Notes: generated by a model not told the origin, from the letters alone. A stretch of DNA of 64,000 nt from Lytechinus pictus (GCF_037042905.1 NC_087251.1:49105358-49169357), one strand, 5' to 3'; positions 34,544 to 48,430 are shown, counted from the stretch's first letter. Translations and numbers: made by a program.

Positions 34544-37500
34544 CAGGGCCGTCGCTAAAGGAGGGGGTGGGGGTGTGACACATCCCCCCACTACTTTGGA
34601 TATCGCCGGTAAGTCTGCGCGCCCGTCGGGAAAAAATGAAAGAAAGGGGGAAAGAGGGAAAAAAGAAGGAAGGGAAAAAGAAGAAAGAAAAAGAGAAAGG
34701 AGAGAAAAAAAAAAAAAAAAAAGAGAAAGGAAAAAGAAAAAGAAAAGCAGGGGCTGTTGCATGGGCGGAAATCCCAGGGGGGACAGGGGGGACGTGTCCC
34801 CCCTACCAAAAATAGTAGGGGGGACACAATATCAAATGTCCCCCCTACTATTTTTGGTCTTTTATGATGGAAAAAAATGCATCATTCACATTCGAAATAA
34901 TACATGTCTTTTGAACTAAATGACCTTACATTTTGGGTGAAAACTTTTTTTTTGCTTGTCAAATTTTCCAGAGTGAATAAAATAAGATGAGGGGAAGACT
35001 TGGAAAATAAAAAGAATCTTTCATGTCACTATATAAAATTTTCGGTCGCGCTTCGCGCTCGCATTGCCTGTTAGGTGATTGTTCAATATGGATCTTAAAT
35101 ATCAAGTTTGGAAGTCAATATACATTACACATTTCACCTCGGAAATCGAACTTTCATTATTTTGTGTGATTTACAAACTGATTTTTAAAAGGTGCTCTGT
35201 TAAAATGATAGCTTTATGGTCTGAATATTGAAATTTTCTGCTCGTGCTGAGCGCTCGCAAATTTCGATTTATTAAGTACCTATTATTTTGCGCTCGCATT
35301 AATGGTTAAAAAAATATTTTAACTGATGCATTCTATTCAGAATTACAAAAGTGCTTGAAATGTCCAGTTTTCAGGCCATAATATCATCAGATTCCCCCCC
35401 CTCATTAGGCATTAATAAATAAGATATTAATTTAATGATTAAATTGTCCCTTTTGTTTCATCTCGCGCTTAGCAAGAGGGATAGTAAGATAGTCATCATT
35501 TTCATATGACATGTCCTAAGGATGTCCCAGTCCTATGTCAAAACTCAAATAATAATGAAAAATATCAGCTCTTTATTAAGTGCGATCCATATCCACCTCA
35601 CGATTTTCCTACAAAGTGCTTGAAATAAATAGCTGAAATTAACTTTTTTTTTTCAGATTGGAATATCATATAGTTTAAGCTCGCGCTTCGCGCTCGCTCT
35701 GATTTTTCATAATAAAAGATGTGTAGAATGCCTAGATTCTAGGTCTGAATATGAAACACGCCCGCGCATGTTTATTCAGATACTCAACATGTTCTATATT
35801 TAAATCGTTATCCAGTTTCAGATCACAATATCAAAAACTCTGCTCGCGCTTTGTGCTCGCATTATTAATGTAGGAAGATCCCCTATTACTCATTCTTTTC
35901 ATGATTTACAAAACATGAATAGAGTGTGCCGTTTTTAGGTCTAAATCTCGATTTTTTTTCCGCTCGCGCTTCGCGCTCGCATCAATTGTTTAATTATATA
36001 CCTATCGGTTTGAATTACAAAAAGTGCTTAGAATTTTCATTCCTTAGGTAAAAATGTCAAAAAATTTCAACTCGCGCTTCGCACTCGCATTATTTAATTG
36101 TTGAAATATGTAACGTCTTCATGGCTAACTACAAGCAGTCTGTAACAGGTACCCTACCCATCAGTTCATTTCTGCTAGCGCTTCACGTTCGTAGTAATTA
36201 TTCATTTACATACACATCTTTTTCAGGATAGCAAACATTGCCCAGAATGTTCAAAATTTTAGGAAAAAATACATAAAATTTCCCCCAAAAAAAATTGCTC
36301 GCACTTCGCGCTCGCATTATATAAATAAGGATTATGATATTATATATCTAAATTTATTCATAAGAATAAAGCTAAGAAATGACTATTAGGACTACCCCTT
36401 CAAAGAAACCAAAAATCATCTTCGAGCGGCCGATCGGGGAGAATATGGCCGAAAATAAAATCCGCCCCCCCCCCCTATTGGCGAAGGCTGGATCCGCCCC
36501 TGCTTAACAAGTACCTTTTCGATCAGTTCAAATTAAACGTATGTAAACATTTTCTGGCTGCACTTTGCACTCGCATTATTAATGTAAGGAAGACCTCCAA
36601 TCACTCATCCTTTTCATGACAGAACATGAATACATGTAGAGTGTTTCGTTCTTAGGTCTAAATCTCAAAATTTTCAGCTCGCGCTCCGCATCAATTGTTT
36701 AGTTATATACCTATTATGTTTAAGTTACACAAAGTGCTTAGAATTTCCATTCCTCAGATAAAAATTTTAAAAAATTTCAGCTCGCGCTTCGCGCTCGCAT
36801 TATTTGATTGTTGAAATATGTAACGTCTTCATGGCTAACTGCAAGCAGTCTTTAACAGGTACCTTTTCCATCAGATCATTTCTGCTCGCACTTCGCGTTC
36901 GTAGTACTTATTTATTTGCATACACATCTTTTTCGGGATAACAAACATTGCCCAGAATGTTAAAATTTTAGGAAAAAATACGTAAAATCCCCCCCCCCTA
37001 AACAAAAACAAAAAAAATTTGCTCGCGCTTCGCGCTCGCATTATATAAATATTGATTATGATATTATATATTTATGTTGATTTATAAGAATAAAGCTAAA
37101 AAGTGACCACGAAGACTACCCCTTTAATGAAACAAACAAAAATCATCATCGAGCGGCCAATCGGGGATTAAAATATGGCTGAACCCCCCCCCCCTATTGG
37201 CAAAGGCTGGATCCGCCCCTGTGGTCCCCCCTACCTTTCGGGACAGATTTCCGCCCATGGGCTGTTGGACCGACACCTGTCAGAAAAAATGATAAACTGT
37301 CGGGTCACGCAAGAATGTTCCAACTGCCTCATCTACCGACTGCACAGTGATTAGAATGTCCCGATGTCATGTCTAAATCGCCTTAAAGAATGTGAACACG
37401 CAATTTGTATACCGACAGTGATTAAAATTGCCCGGTTGTGGGTCTAAATAACCAAAAAATGTCAGCTCGTCACATCATTCATTCTGTGAGAAAGACGCCT

Positions 37501-38884
37501 GTCTGAAAAATGATAAACTGTCGGGTCACTGCCACATATACCGACAGTGATTAGAATATTCCAGTTTTAGGTCTAAATCGCCATAAAATATCTGCACTTT
37601 TGTACCGACAATGATTAGACGGCCCGGTTGTAGTTCTAAATCGCAAATATTTTTCGGATCGCGCTTCGCGCTCGCATCATATATTTAGTGAGATCCAAAT
37701 ATCCTCTCCACATTTTCCCTTTAAGTTGGACAGTGCTTAAATTTTGCCTCAGAATATCGAAAATTTCCGTTCGTGTTTCGCGCTCGCATTAAGTTACACA
37801 GGTTGTTAAATTGCAAATAGCGCTCTTGAGTTTGTTCTTCAAAAAAGTGTGAAACTATTAACTTATAAGTGAAAATGTTAAGTTTTAAAGTCAAAATATC
37901 AAAAGCTGTCAGCTCGCGCTTAACCGACAGTGATAAAAATCACTGCAGTGGCCCGGTTTAAAGTCTATGCCTCCAAAATTTTCAGCTCGCGCTTCGCGCT
38001 CGCATTGTTTTTTGAGATACACAGCTTGTTCAATTACAGATGCAGAAACTAAGTTTGTTATAATGTAAAAACGTGTAAAAATGTTTAGTTTTCAAGTTAA
38101 ATTATCCAAAATGTTTAGTTCGCGCTTCACGCTTGCTCCATATTGATTAGTTACATATATATTTTATTCATGAGTCACTGCAAACGGTTAATTAACATGT
38201 CCTTTTCCAGAACAGTTAGATCACGCTCGCATGAATTGTAATATTCGCATATCATTTATGCAAAAAATGCTTAGAATGTCAAGTTTTCTAGTCGGAAATC
38301 AAAATGTTTATCTCGCGCTTCGCGCTCGCATGTTTGGATTGGTGAGAAATCTATTATTTCATGGTTCACTGCCAACAGTCTTAAACTGGTGTTTTTGCTG
38401 GCCAGTAGGCCTATTATTAAAAATTTCAGCTCGCAATTTGCGCTCACGTGGATCGTTTAGTTAGATACCCTTTTAGTTTATGATAACAAAACTGGGCACA
38501 ATGTTCAATTTTCAGGTCTAAATATATAAAATATCCAAAAATTTGAGCTCGCACTTCGCGTTCGCATGGTAATTTATAATATTCCGGCCACATAAAATAC
38601 TTTATCTTGCTTCTAAGAATGAAAATTTAGTTAGGACTAACCCCCCCAAAAAAAAATTGGCGGCCTAGACGTGGAGACTGATCATGCGGATAAAAATATT
38701 CCCCCTCCCATTTTTGAAAGCTGGAACTGCTCATGGGCGACGAAAGAAAATGTGACTAAGGAGAATATAGAACAAGAACAAGATTCATGCATGGTCGCGG
38801 GACGTCGGTAATCGGTACTGATATTTGTCGGTAATCAGGGCCTCCACACCCCCCTACTGAAAAAGGCCTATAGCGACGCCCCTG
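34544..38884. mobile_element. hAT-type non-autonomous element (outer member of a nest)
   Basis: TSD TCTGTAAT / ACTGTAAT (7/8). TIR CAGGG(C/G)CGTCGCTA. Confidence 0.78.
34760..37259. mobile_element. hAT-type non-autonomous element nested in 34544-38884
   Basis: Perfect 8-bp TSD GGCTGTTG (34752-34759, 37260-37267). TIR CATGGGCGGAAATC. Confidence 0.85.
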
Positions 38885-39685
38885 ACTGTAATTCATTATC
38901 TTATATCCCAACAAATCCATAACAATATAGCCATCGAAAAAAATATGATAGGCCTTTAATTGAAATTAGAACCCATTAATAATTTGCCCGTATATATGTG
39001 ATAATTACATACCATTGTCTAGTAGGTATTAGGGACACCATTTTGTTTTCAAACTACTGAAAATTTGCTCGTATATAATTCATTAAATAACAACAAATCC
39101 ATTGCAATATAATCGTTAGTTAGGCCTTTAACTGAAAGATGGTAGTACTATGTACTCGGTCATATCCCCGTATACATATGGAGTGGGGGGGGGGGTGGGG
39201 GCCCAAATATTGCTATCACCCCCCCCCCCACACACACACACACACAACTCGGACCGGATTTACGCCAGTTGATGTCAGTAAACAACAAAATTTATGAAAG
39301 CTCGAAGCGCGCCAAGCATTTTATTTTTTATTTTTTTAGGTATAATTGACATAAAAACAGAGAACTTGAGCAGTTAGAATATAGGGCTATCCTACCACTA
39401 AGGCGATTCGAGCGCGGGAGTAGAATTTGTATTTCTTGAATTATTTGTTTACTAGTATTTGTAAATTTGTCAATTCCCCTTCTCTTTGGTTTTTTTCCCG
39501 GCCACATCCCCCTAATCTTGTTTGCTTCTCCGTTGTTGTTGTTGTTTTGTGTGTTTTTTGCGCCACCAATGCGGAGGGGAATATGACCAGTGCACTTGAT
39601 CCGCTGATATACTACTATAGTATTTCAATATAATTCGAAATGTTTGAAACACTGCAGATCAATTCATTTATTTTCATGTCACCGA

Positions 39686-42267
39686 CATTGGCGTAACAGG
39701 CGGGGGGGGGGCAGGGGGGGCAAGCTGCCCCCCTGGCGGAGCTCACCGGGAAAATATAAAAAAACGGGAAAAAGAAAAAAAAGGGGAAGAAAGGGAAAGG
39801 GAAAGGAAAGAAAAGGGGATAGGGAAAGGAAAAGGGAAAAGAAAACTAAGAAAAAACATAAAAAATGGAAAACGGAAAGATAACGGGAAAAGGAAGGAAA
39901 GAAGAACAAGTGAGAAAGAACAATTCTCCCGATATACAAATACATTAACCTGATTAGTAAGACAGGGAAATAAATTAAAGATGACAAAAAGGCAAACAAA
40001 AGCGGGAAATAAAGGCAGAATGGAATTAGCCAAAATATAAATTGGAAAATAAAGAATAGGGACAATAAAACGTACACTACCGGGCTGCCGAGGATTGAGA
40101 TAATGACGGGAGAAGAAAAATGGATGGTAAATAGCATAATGTCGTATGAAAGTCTATCATAAACTTGCTAAATCTCCAAAGGCTCTGTCCAAGAGTCAAG
40201 ACCCCGTGCAGTGGGGGTAGTGGCATAACTACGTGGGGCATGGGGGGCACGTGCCCCCCCCCCCAATCGGCTGGCCAAAAAAAAAAAAAACGGGAAAAGG
40301 GGAAAAGAGGGAGAAAGGAAGAGAAACGTAGTGGGGAAAGAAAAAATTATTGTTCATGATAATGTTATATTTTGTTATATTACATAAAAAGCATTTTTTC
40401 ATAACTTTATGAAACATTATTTGCTCAGGGCCTATGTCTTCATTGTTCCTGGTGCTCGCACAGACTGATTAACGAGATATATAATGGTGATGTACTAAAA
40501 CCTCCCGTTTTCAAATCAATATACTGTACACCAAATGTATATCCTCGCAATTCGAGTTATTACTGTTTTATGTAATGACATTCGCTTCTTTTTCACGACT
40601 ACTTAAAGTGATTGCCCTATTTTAAGGTCTTAATATAAATCATTTCCTGTCCGTGCTAACGTTCGCATTAGTTTATTGGTGAGGTGTCTGCTCTTTATGA
40701 ATTCCTAAAATCGGTCTTTAAAATGTCAATTATCTGATCTCAATATCAAAAAATTTCAGCTCGCGCTTCGCGCTCGCATCATTTGGTTAGTGAAACAGGT
40801 ACGGTCTTAGTAAATTCCTGCAAACAATGCACCTCTTCAGGTCTGAATTTCCTAAGTTTTCCTAATTTCCGCTCCCTAAGTGACTCGAAATTTTTGCTGG
40901 TGCCCCCCCCCCCCCCAATTAATGCCGTGACTCACGGTACACCACTGAGTGGGGGATCTTCATCTCTAACCTTTAATGGGTTCTATAACGGGCCCCTATA
41001 TGGACCCTTCCTGCATTAAGCTTTACGTTGAAGCACTGGCGTACTAGGGGGTGGTTCCACAGCCAAGGGGAAATAAAAGAAAATAAAGGAGGCAGCGAAA
41101 TGAGATGAATGAAAAAAAAAAATGACATGATATTTGCTCTAATGATGTAAAAATCTATCACATAATTAGAATTTCATTTTAACAGGCCATTTTTCTGGCT
41201 CGCTTCGCTCGCTGGCGACTTTTTACAAATTTTTCCACATTTGCTATGATGGTGTGCCCCTCACAATATTTGGATGATTACGATACACAACTGCATTGAA
41301 TTTATGTGTTGTGTGAAAGCTATATAAATATACACGCAATTTGATTAAAATAAGTGGCCATCTGTGAGGTTTAAAATGGCTTTGATATCAAGAGGTTCCG
41401 GGGCTCTGCCCTGGACCCCACCCATAGAGCACTGTTATGTGGATGAGTTTCGACCATGGCCCCCAAAAGTTTTACAACCAAACAAAAAAATGAGGAAAGA
41501 AAGGAAAGTGTATTATATTTTTCTGAATATTACGTTAAAATCTATCTTCATGTTAGATTCTCATGAAAAGGTGATTTTTTTTATCTCGCTCGCTTCGCTC
41601 GCTCGGGACCTATATTAAGCTACTTCTTGCCACAAGCGCCATACTCGCCCCCTCGAGCCTATAGAGCTTTGCCCTGATGCTCACAATCATAACAAAATCC
41701 TGTTCACCGTGGCGTACAAAAAAAGAGAGAAAAAAGGAAAGAGAGGAGGGTGAAATATGATATCATCTTTTTAACATTATGTCAAAATCTATCACAAAAT
41801 TGGATTTTTGCAATAAAAATGTCAAAATTTTTTGCTCGCTCGCTTTGCTCGCTTATATATATATATATATATATATATTTGCCCGATACGCCTGAGACGC
41901 CCTCGAAATGTACCTCGAGCGGGCTTGTCAGGATAACGTACTAATACAGGGCAGGAGAGGTGGTCTTGCACGATTTCCTAGGAACTTTTCTTTCCTATCT
42001 TTCCTTTACTTTTTTTAACTGATATAGATTGAACAAAGCAATTATTCTTTTTGAAAAAAAAGGGAAAGCAAATTTACAAGGCAACAATAGTCAAAACTGA
42101 CTAGTTTGCCTATTTAAAATAACAACAACAACAGCCATATTGCCCCCTCAAAATTTGTGCCTTATGACGCCATTGCCTGTTCCATGGTATGACCGGGAAA
42201 TTTTTGGCTCTTGCCCCCCCCCCCCCCCCCCCCCTGGGCCTGGCCACCGACCCCTGTTACGCCGCTG
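39686..42267 (+). mobile_element. hAT-type composite element immediately upstream of FBXO28
   Basis: Perfect 8-bp TSD GTCACCGA (39678-39685, 42268-42275). TIR CATTGGCGTAACAGG / CAGCGGCGTAACAGG. Confidence 0.83.
40218..40947. mobile_element. hAT-type MITE nested in 39686-42267
   Basis: 8-bp TSD AGTGGGGG (40210-40217, 40948-40955). Ends TAGTGGCATA / TACACCACTG. Confidence 0.75.
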
Positions 42268-42295
42268 GTCACCGACCCCACCCATGGGCTATCGC

Positions 42296-42356
42296 CTCCA
42301 ATGGCGTGCCGTAATTGGTAAAAACTAATAAATATTCATTGTTAACAGTGACGTCA
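42296..42356 (+). promoter_or_regulatory. FBXO28 proximal promoter motifs: CCAAT, inverted CCAAT and palindromic CRE
   Basis: CCAAT at 42298-42302, ATTGG at 42314-42318 and TGACGTCA at 42349-42356, about 90-150 bp before the ATG. Function is inferred. Confidence 0.5.
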
Positions 42357-42448
42357 TCATCAAAGGGAAACTCAGAAACAGATCCGAATTATTTTCGCAG
42401 TACCGGGTAGGCCTATATATGTGACCTTGTAAGATATATATTTTCGAG

Positions 42449-42586
42449 ATGGCAGAAAATACTCCTTCGTCTTCATCATCATCGTGTAATGAAGAATTTC
42501 AAGTGACTCTCCAAACGGTACCCGACGTTGTTCTCAGTCACGTATTGTCGTATTTATCCTACGAACAAATTAGTCAAGTACGGTCG
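42449..42586 (+). CDS. FBXO28: F-box only protein 28, exon 1 (F-box; absent from ORF track)
   Basis: MAENTPSSSSSSCNEEFQVTLQTVPDVVLSHVLSYLSYEQISQVRS|gtaagt. Shows the F-box pattern L..(L/V)P......(I/V)LSYLS. Phase 0. Confidence 0.92.
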
Positions 42587-42747
42587 GTAAGTTGAACGTG
42601 ACGTGAAAGAAAACGTGTGGGACAATGTGAATGAATGATGCGGCGCCGCGCTGAATTCTGATGACAAGCTCACAATCACAAAGTTTCATGACCAGCGGCA
42701 GCGCCAGTAGCTCCACCGCCGGTACGGCGGTGCACGTGCTGAAGATC

Positions 42748-45700
42748 CAGCGGCTAACGGGGGGGGGGGGGGGGGGGGGGCAGGCTGCCCCCGGCGGATT
42801 TCACTGCACTGGTAAGAAAAAAAAAAAAGCCAAAAAAAGGAAGGTGGGGGGAAGGGGGAAAAAGGAAAGGAAACAAGTGAGAAGAAAACTAAGAAAAAAC
42901 ATACAAAATGGAAAACGGAAGGAGAGTGAAAGTGGGAAAAGGAAGGAAGAACATGTGAGAAAGAACAAATCATTCCGAAATATAGGCCTACTAATATATT
43001 AATGTCCATGCGCAATGAGTCGCCATCGGCGGGCTTCAACCTTCAATTTTGCAACAAAAAATAAAATTCTTACCCAAATCTTTGTATGAGATAAAAGTAT
43101 CCACCAATCCTTTCAGATATATGAAAAACTTTTCTCCTGAAATAGCTACATTTTTAAGTAAGAACGTCATGAATTACGTACATGTACTTCCGGAACGGCG
43201 ACACAATGACGGGTAAATTTTTAGTTGCCGATTCGAAAAATCCAATACATTCACTACACAAACATATTGCGCATGCGCACACACACACGCACCGATCGTA
43301 CACATAAGTGCATTGACTCAGCTGCGTTGTTGAAACCGCTCCGTGGGTTGAGATATATGTTGAGACGCCACCCTCTCTTGTTTTGATAACAATTGTCACC
43401 CCCCGTTTCAGAATGAAATGATCGTGAGAATTTTTTTTATAATCTATATTTTGATACCAAATATTGGTAACTTGAGCGGGCAGCTTTGGAAACATCGATT
43501 GCTTAGTGTGGGCGTCTCAAATCGTTGCCCGAGAAAAATGGCAGCTAAAATTTGCACCGTACGGACCAAGTTTGCAAGTCTGACTTTGACTGCACTAAAC
43601 TCCTTTTTCTTTTGCTGGATCTTTTAACCAAACATTGCAGCATTTCAGGGAATTACTGAGGATTAATATCAGCTGCCACAAGACACTTTTCAACTTTGCA
43701 AAAGATTTCTAGAACCATTTTGGTCAAGCAGTGACAGGTGAGTGGCGCAACAGTAAAAAAATTGCACATGGTGACTCACTGCGCATGGACGTTAGCATGA
43801 TTAGAAAGAAAGGGAAATAAATTTAAAGATGACAAAGTGGCAAACAAAAGCGGGAAATGCAGGTAGAATGGAATGAGCTTAAAGCTAAATTTGAAAATGA
43901 AGAAAAGGGACAAGAAAAAAAGAGAAAGAAGAACTTAGTAACATGACCGGGCTGCCGAGGGTTCTAAATGCGGATTAATTAAATTGAATATTCGAGTAAA
44001 TTGTCATTGAAATCGACCGTAATGAGTTATAATTTCTGCTTAAATATAATGGAAATTATTGCATTAGGACCAGTATAATTGTAGAGTCCTTGATTTGCAA
44101 CTGTTATATTTGATCAGTTCCACAGAATTGTTAATTATTATGTTTTTGATTTGAAAGTGGTACTATATTGTTAGAGGAATGCACGAATACCGGTGTTAGT
44201 TATTTTTAGTGATGCGTCGGGCAACACCCACTTTATACGTCCATTGACACACTTGAAATAGCAGCCGACAAGACCATTTGCCAGTGGACGCTATACGTGT
44301 TGGTGTTGGCATAGCCATGTTTTAGACGGCTTAGATATGGGCATGCTGACGTGGCTTTGTAAACGACGCCATGTTTAGGGCGTGGCTTACATGTATATAA
44401 TGGAGATGTCTAAGCTTATATACACCACCTAGGGGATCTGTTGTATACGAATAAAGAAATACATTCAACGCTAGTCACCGTCTCCCGACTCTGATTTGTT
44501 GGCTCAAAAGGGGTGTCGGATCACAACATCCAAAACGTAATCTTCAGAGCATTTTCCAAGGTGTTACAATTCTGCTCTCGTGGACCTGATTCGTAGGTTC
44601 CTGAAGCCTTCATGGCATGTGTAAAGCTATATAAACTTATACGAATTCAAATGGGTAGCGAGCTGCATGTAGCTGTCTACATGCAGTGCACGAGGCAGTG
44701 CAGTGGTGCTGGCCTGCGCCTGGGTATGTATCATATCATAGATACAGCGCAGCTAGCCAGGATGGATGCACACACCCTTTTGATAGTTCAACTGATCCAA
44801 GACCAAAGAATTAAGTGTTATGTTAGCGTTGGATCAATGTAACACTTTACATGTACATTTAACCAGTCTTAAATGAAGAAAGGGCAATGCAGGTTACAGT
44901 ACATTATATACATGTACATTTATTAAAGATGATTATAACTTGATAATGATGATGACAAATACATGAGAGTAAGTCAGATGGTGACTGTCCTCTTAAGATG
45001 AAGATAAACTCTGCGGTATAAAACATAAACTCTTCTGTAGCTCTAAAACCAGAACTCTAATCTATCTGCATGCTGGAACCAATCTCTAAAACAATTCTCT
45101 AATCCGAGTTTGGTTCAGAAGTGAACTCCTGGTATATTGTTCTGGTTAAGACTCGACAGCCACACAGGTGTTGGTCAACCTTGGACGCTTGACCAAAACA
45201 ATCTGTACGTCATAACTTAATTCTGAATTGGGGCAAGTGGACCTTATAGTAAGGAGGAGGAATGTAGTCAATAGGAAACCCATAAAATGTGTGTGCGTCA
45301 GAAGTGTAGCTGGAAGACGAATGAGTAATACCTTCTTAAGAAAATGTGAGTTGGTAAACAAATAGGGCCATATTCTGAACTCAGGGTTTAAATTAAACCC
45401 TGGTTTAACAATGGAGAGCCAATTGTACCACAAATCTCTATTAGTACATGTTAAATGTATTAACTATTATAACAGTCTCAGAAGGATAACTGCAATATCT
45501 TCATTATAAAAGCAAAGGGAAGCAAAATAGTAAATATAAGAAATATACAATATAAGCAGAAATTTTGAGTTATTGGCTCCCCATAATTTTAGCTCTGAGT
45601 TAGACCATGGTCTAAGTTAAACCTGACTTTTTTCTGTTACATTTCCTGTAGAAGTATTGATGAAATATTGATTGTGTATTGATATATTATTGAATATGTG

Positions 45701-46790
45701 AGATATGTCTTGTCATCGCATAACATTAGAATGCCCAAGAAACAAGTTCCAGGGCATCAACATATTTACTAAATATCTAGTTCCAGGGCTTCATGATTAG
45801 TCATGTTATTAGTTCCAGGGCATCATATTTACATAAAAAAGATTTAGTTCCAGGGACCCCCACTTTCATAATGAGCAGTTCCGGGGCCCCTTAATTTTGA
45901 CTTGCCAGTGGCACATACCTTCTACATATTGGGTTGAGTCCCCCCCCCCCCTATGGACCCTTCCTACATTAAGCTTTATGTTCAATCACTGGCATACAGA
46001 GGGGGGGGGGGGTCTTGGTTCCACATTCAAGGGGAAATAAAAAAAATATATATTGGAGGGAACGTAATGAAATAAATGGAAAACAATGAAATGTGTTATT
46101 TGATGAATAAAATGGAAAAATCTATCACATGATTAGAATTGCATTTCAAAAGGCCAAATGTTTTTAGGCTTGCTTTGCTCACTGGCGACTATTTACAAAT
46201 TTTCCCACATTGCTATGTTGTGCCCCTCAAAATATTTGGTTCATTACTTTATTGCGTTGAATTATATGTTTTGTGTAAAAACTATATATTCGCAATTGAT
46301 TAAAAATAGTGGCAATCTGTAAGGTTTAAAATGGCTTTGATATCAAGAGGTTCCGGGGACTCAGCCCAGACCCCGACCGCATAGCACTGGCGTACAGATG
46401 GAAGGGTTGGGCCATGGCCCCAAAAAGTTCTACAACTAAGAACAAAACAGAAAAGGAGGCAAGAAAAGCAAAGGAAAAGTGTAAGATATGATGTTATTTA
46501 CTGAATATAATGTCAAAAATATCTCAAAGTTATTTTCTCATGAAAAGGTGATTTTTTTTTCTTGCTCGCTTGGGATTGACATTAAGCAGCTTTTTGGCAC
46601 ATGCGCCACAGCTGTGCCCCTCTTTTTTTTTCACTCTTCACGCTACTGCCACATAGGGCTTCGCGCATAATCATAAAAAAGAATCCTGTTGAAAGTGGCG
46701 TACAGACCAAAAAAGAAAGAAAAGGGTGAAATATGAAATTATTTTCTGAACATTATGTAAAAATTTTAAACAAGATTGGACGTTTGTACT
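42748..46790 (+). mobile_element. Second, interrupted copy of the 39686-42267 element in FBXO28 intron 1
   Basis: Starts CAGCGGCTAACGGG. 43795-43960 matches 39950-40095, and 45950-46790 matches 40995-41820. Right end not found. Confidence 0.65.
43003..43791. mobile_element. TTAA-targeting MITE
   Basis: TIR of about 24 bp, (T/C)GTCCATGCGCA(A/G)TGAGTC(G/A)CCAT, with flanks TTAA / TTAG. Confidence 0.72.
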
Positions 46791-47192
46791 AAAAAAAAAT
46801 CTACCAACTGAGCCAACACACCGGTCAAGATGGCGGCATTACATGAACCATATTTTATATTTTGTCACTGTTCCTAAAAAACCTATTGGTGTAGCATTTT
46901 GCAAAGAAAAGTAAGATTTTGATAATCATAATAAGTATCCTAACCTCATATTCTTGTGAGTGAATTATTTGGGCACTTTATTGACTGCTGAATTATTCAA
47001 GCATTTGTGCAATTCTGCTGATTCATTATTGTCTTTACAAAATAATTTGATATAATGACCATCTTGAAGCACTAGTGCTTTTCCACAATACACCAACTTT
47101 GATATTATATTCTGTATATCATATTTTATGTATCATATTTTTTCTATATATCATTATCATATTTTCTAATTCTTACTCCCCATTATGTACAG

Positions 47193-47441
47193 TTATGTGC
47201 AAGATTCAACCTCATAGGTCAACAGGTGCTTAACCAAGGCTTCTCCAAACTTGACCGCTTCCACAGCCAATGTGCCAAGGAGCTCAAAGCCCAACTGCCA
47301 CGCAGAGAATCAGAACGAAGGATGCATCCTCTCGCAAGGCATTGTGACATTCTCTCTGCTGTCGAGACAAGGCTGTCACTCCTTGCAATGACCTACACAA
47401 AGTACATTGACCTACAGCTCTGCTGCTTCATACCTGGAAAG
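47193..47441 (+). CDS. FBXO28: F-box only protein 28, exon 2
   Basis: LCARFNLIGQQVLNQGF...LKAQLPRRESERRMHPLARHCDILSAVETRLSLLAMTYTKYIDLQLCCFIPGK. This is the highly conserved FBXO28 signature. Confidence 0.97.
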
Positions 47442-48029
47442 GTACACTGTAGTTCTTGAGTCTGATTGAACCTCATAATTATCATTCATTGATTTGGATT
47501 TGTCAGTCAGTTCCTTTCATTTTCTTTTAATGAAAAAACTACAATTCATTCTTATGGTGTAGATGGGAATAGGCTCTGCTTATAACAAGCATTGTTTCCT
47601 AACATTCATTCAGTAGAGGAAGTGTGAAAGCTAAGTTCACATGAAGATATAAAATATAGGTGATTGTCGCCTAATTGTCGTACTGGATGTCTTTTTTGTG
47701 TTCCCTCATTCATTTTATACATGCATGCTTATATTCCAAAAATTTCAGGTGAAAATGAGTTAATTTCTTATGGCAATAGTTACATAAGTTATTTCATAAG
47801 ATAGCATATGATATGAATTGTTTTCTGTTACCAGAGGGGAAGGGGGTGCTTTGCACTGCTGGCCCACTACCAAGAGGGAGTCTTGTTCGTAAAGGGTTGT
47901 AACTCCCAGTGGACTGTAGAAGAACAACTGATGATTTCCTTGGTAAATGCATGAGGGCACCTTGTTTACCGGTAACTAGATTTGGATGGATACATATGTC
48001 ATCCTCTCTATGATATTGAATTTTCTTAG

Positions 48030-48228
48030 GTTATTGATGAAGCATTTAAAGTACTCCACCTGGTAAAATTCACCAAGGTCCCTCCACCTACACATGAGCT
48101 CCTGCAGGAGCTAAGGGACCTCTCCTCCATGGCCATGGAGCACTTTGATGAGAAGATTGTTCCTGACCTCAAGAAGAAGTCAGGAGTTGAGGTTCGTCCT
48201 TCCAACCTTGTCAACCACACACTTTCAA
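48030..48228 (+). CDS. FBXO28: F-box only protein 28, exon 3
   Basis: VIDEAFKVLHLVKFTKVPPPTHELLQELRDLSSMAMEHFDEKIVPDLKKK..., with cttag| and |gtgagt boundaries. Phase 1 out. Confidence 0.97.
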
Positions 48229-48396
48229 GTGAGTTGCTGTATTTAGATTTTGATTTTGGGATGAAACTGCTGATGTTTTTATATTTAAGTGATATTTAAA
48301 TGACATCTAGATAGAGCACCCAAGCATGTATGTCCCCTTTCTTTTCCTTTCCCTCACTCTCTTTCCCCTCCCTCCCCCTTTCCCTTCCTTTTAGTT

Positions 48397-48430
<34 letters not shown>

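Noticed and set aside
34475..43039. K/R/E-rich and F/L/S-rich ORFs (e.g. 34527, 39679, 42661; also 27614-28158)
   Set aside because: They derive from purine-rich tracts next to hAT MITE termini and have no splice or homology support.
44169..44568. Possible solo LTR (TG...CA, TATA-like, AATAAA at 44450)
   Set aside because: No matching TSD, primer-binding site or second copy could be fixed, so the boundaries are arbitrary.
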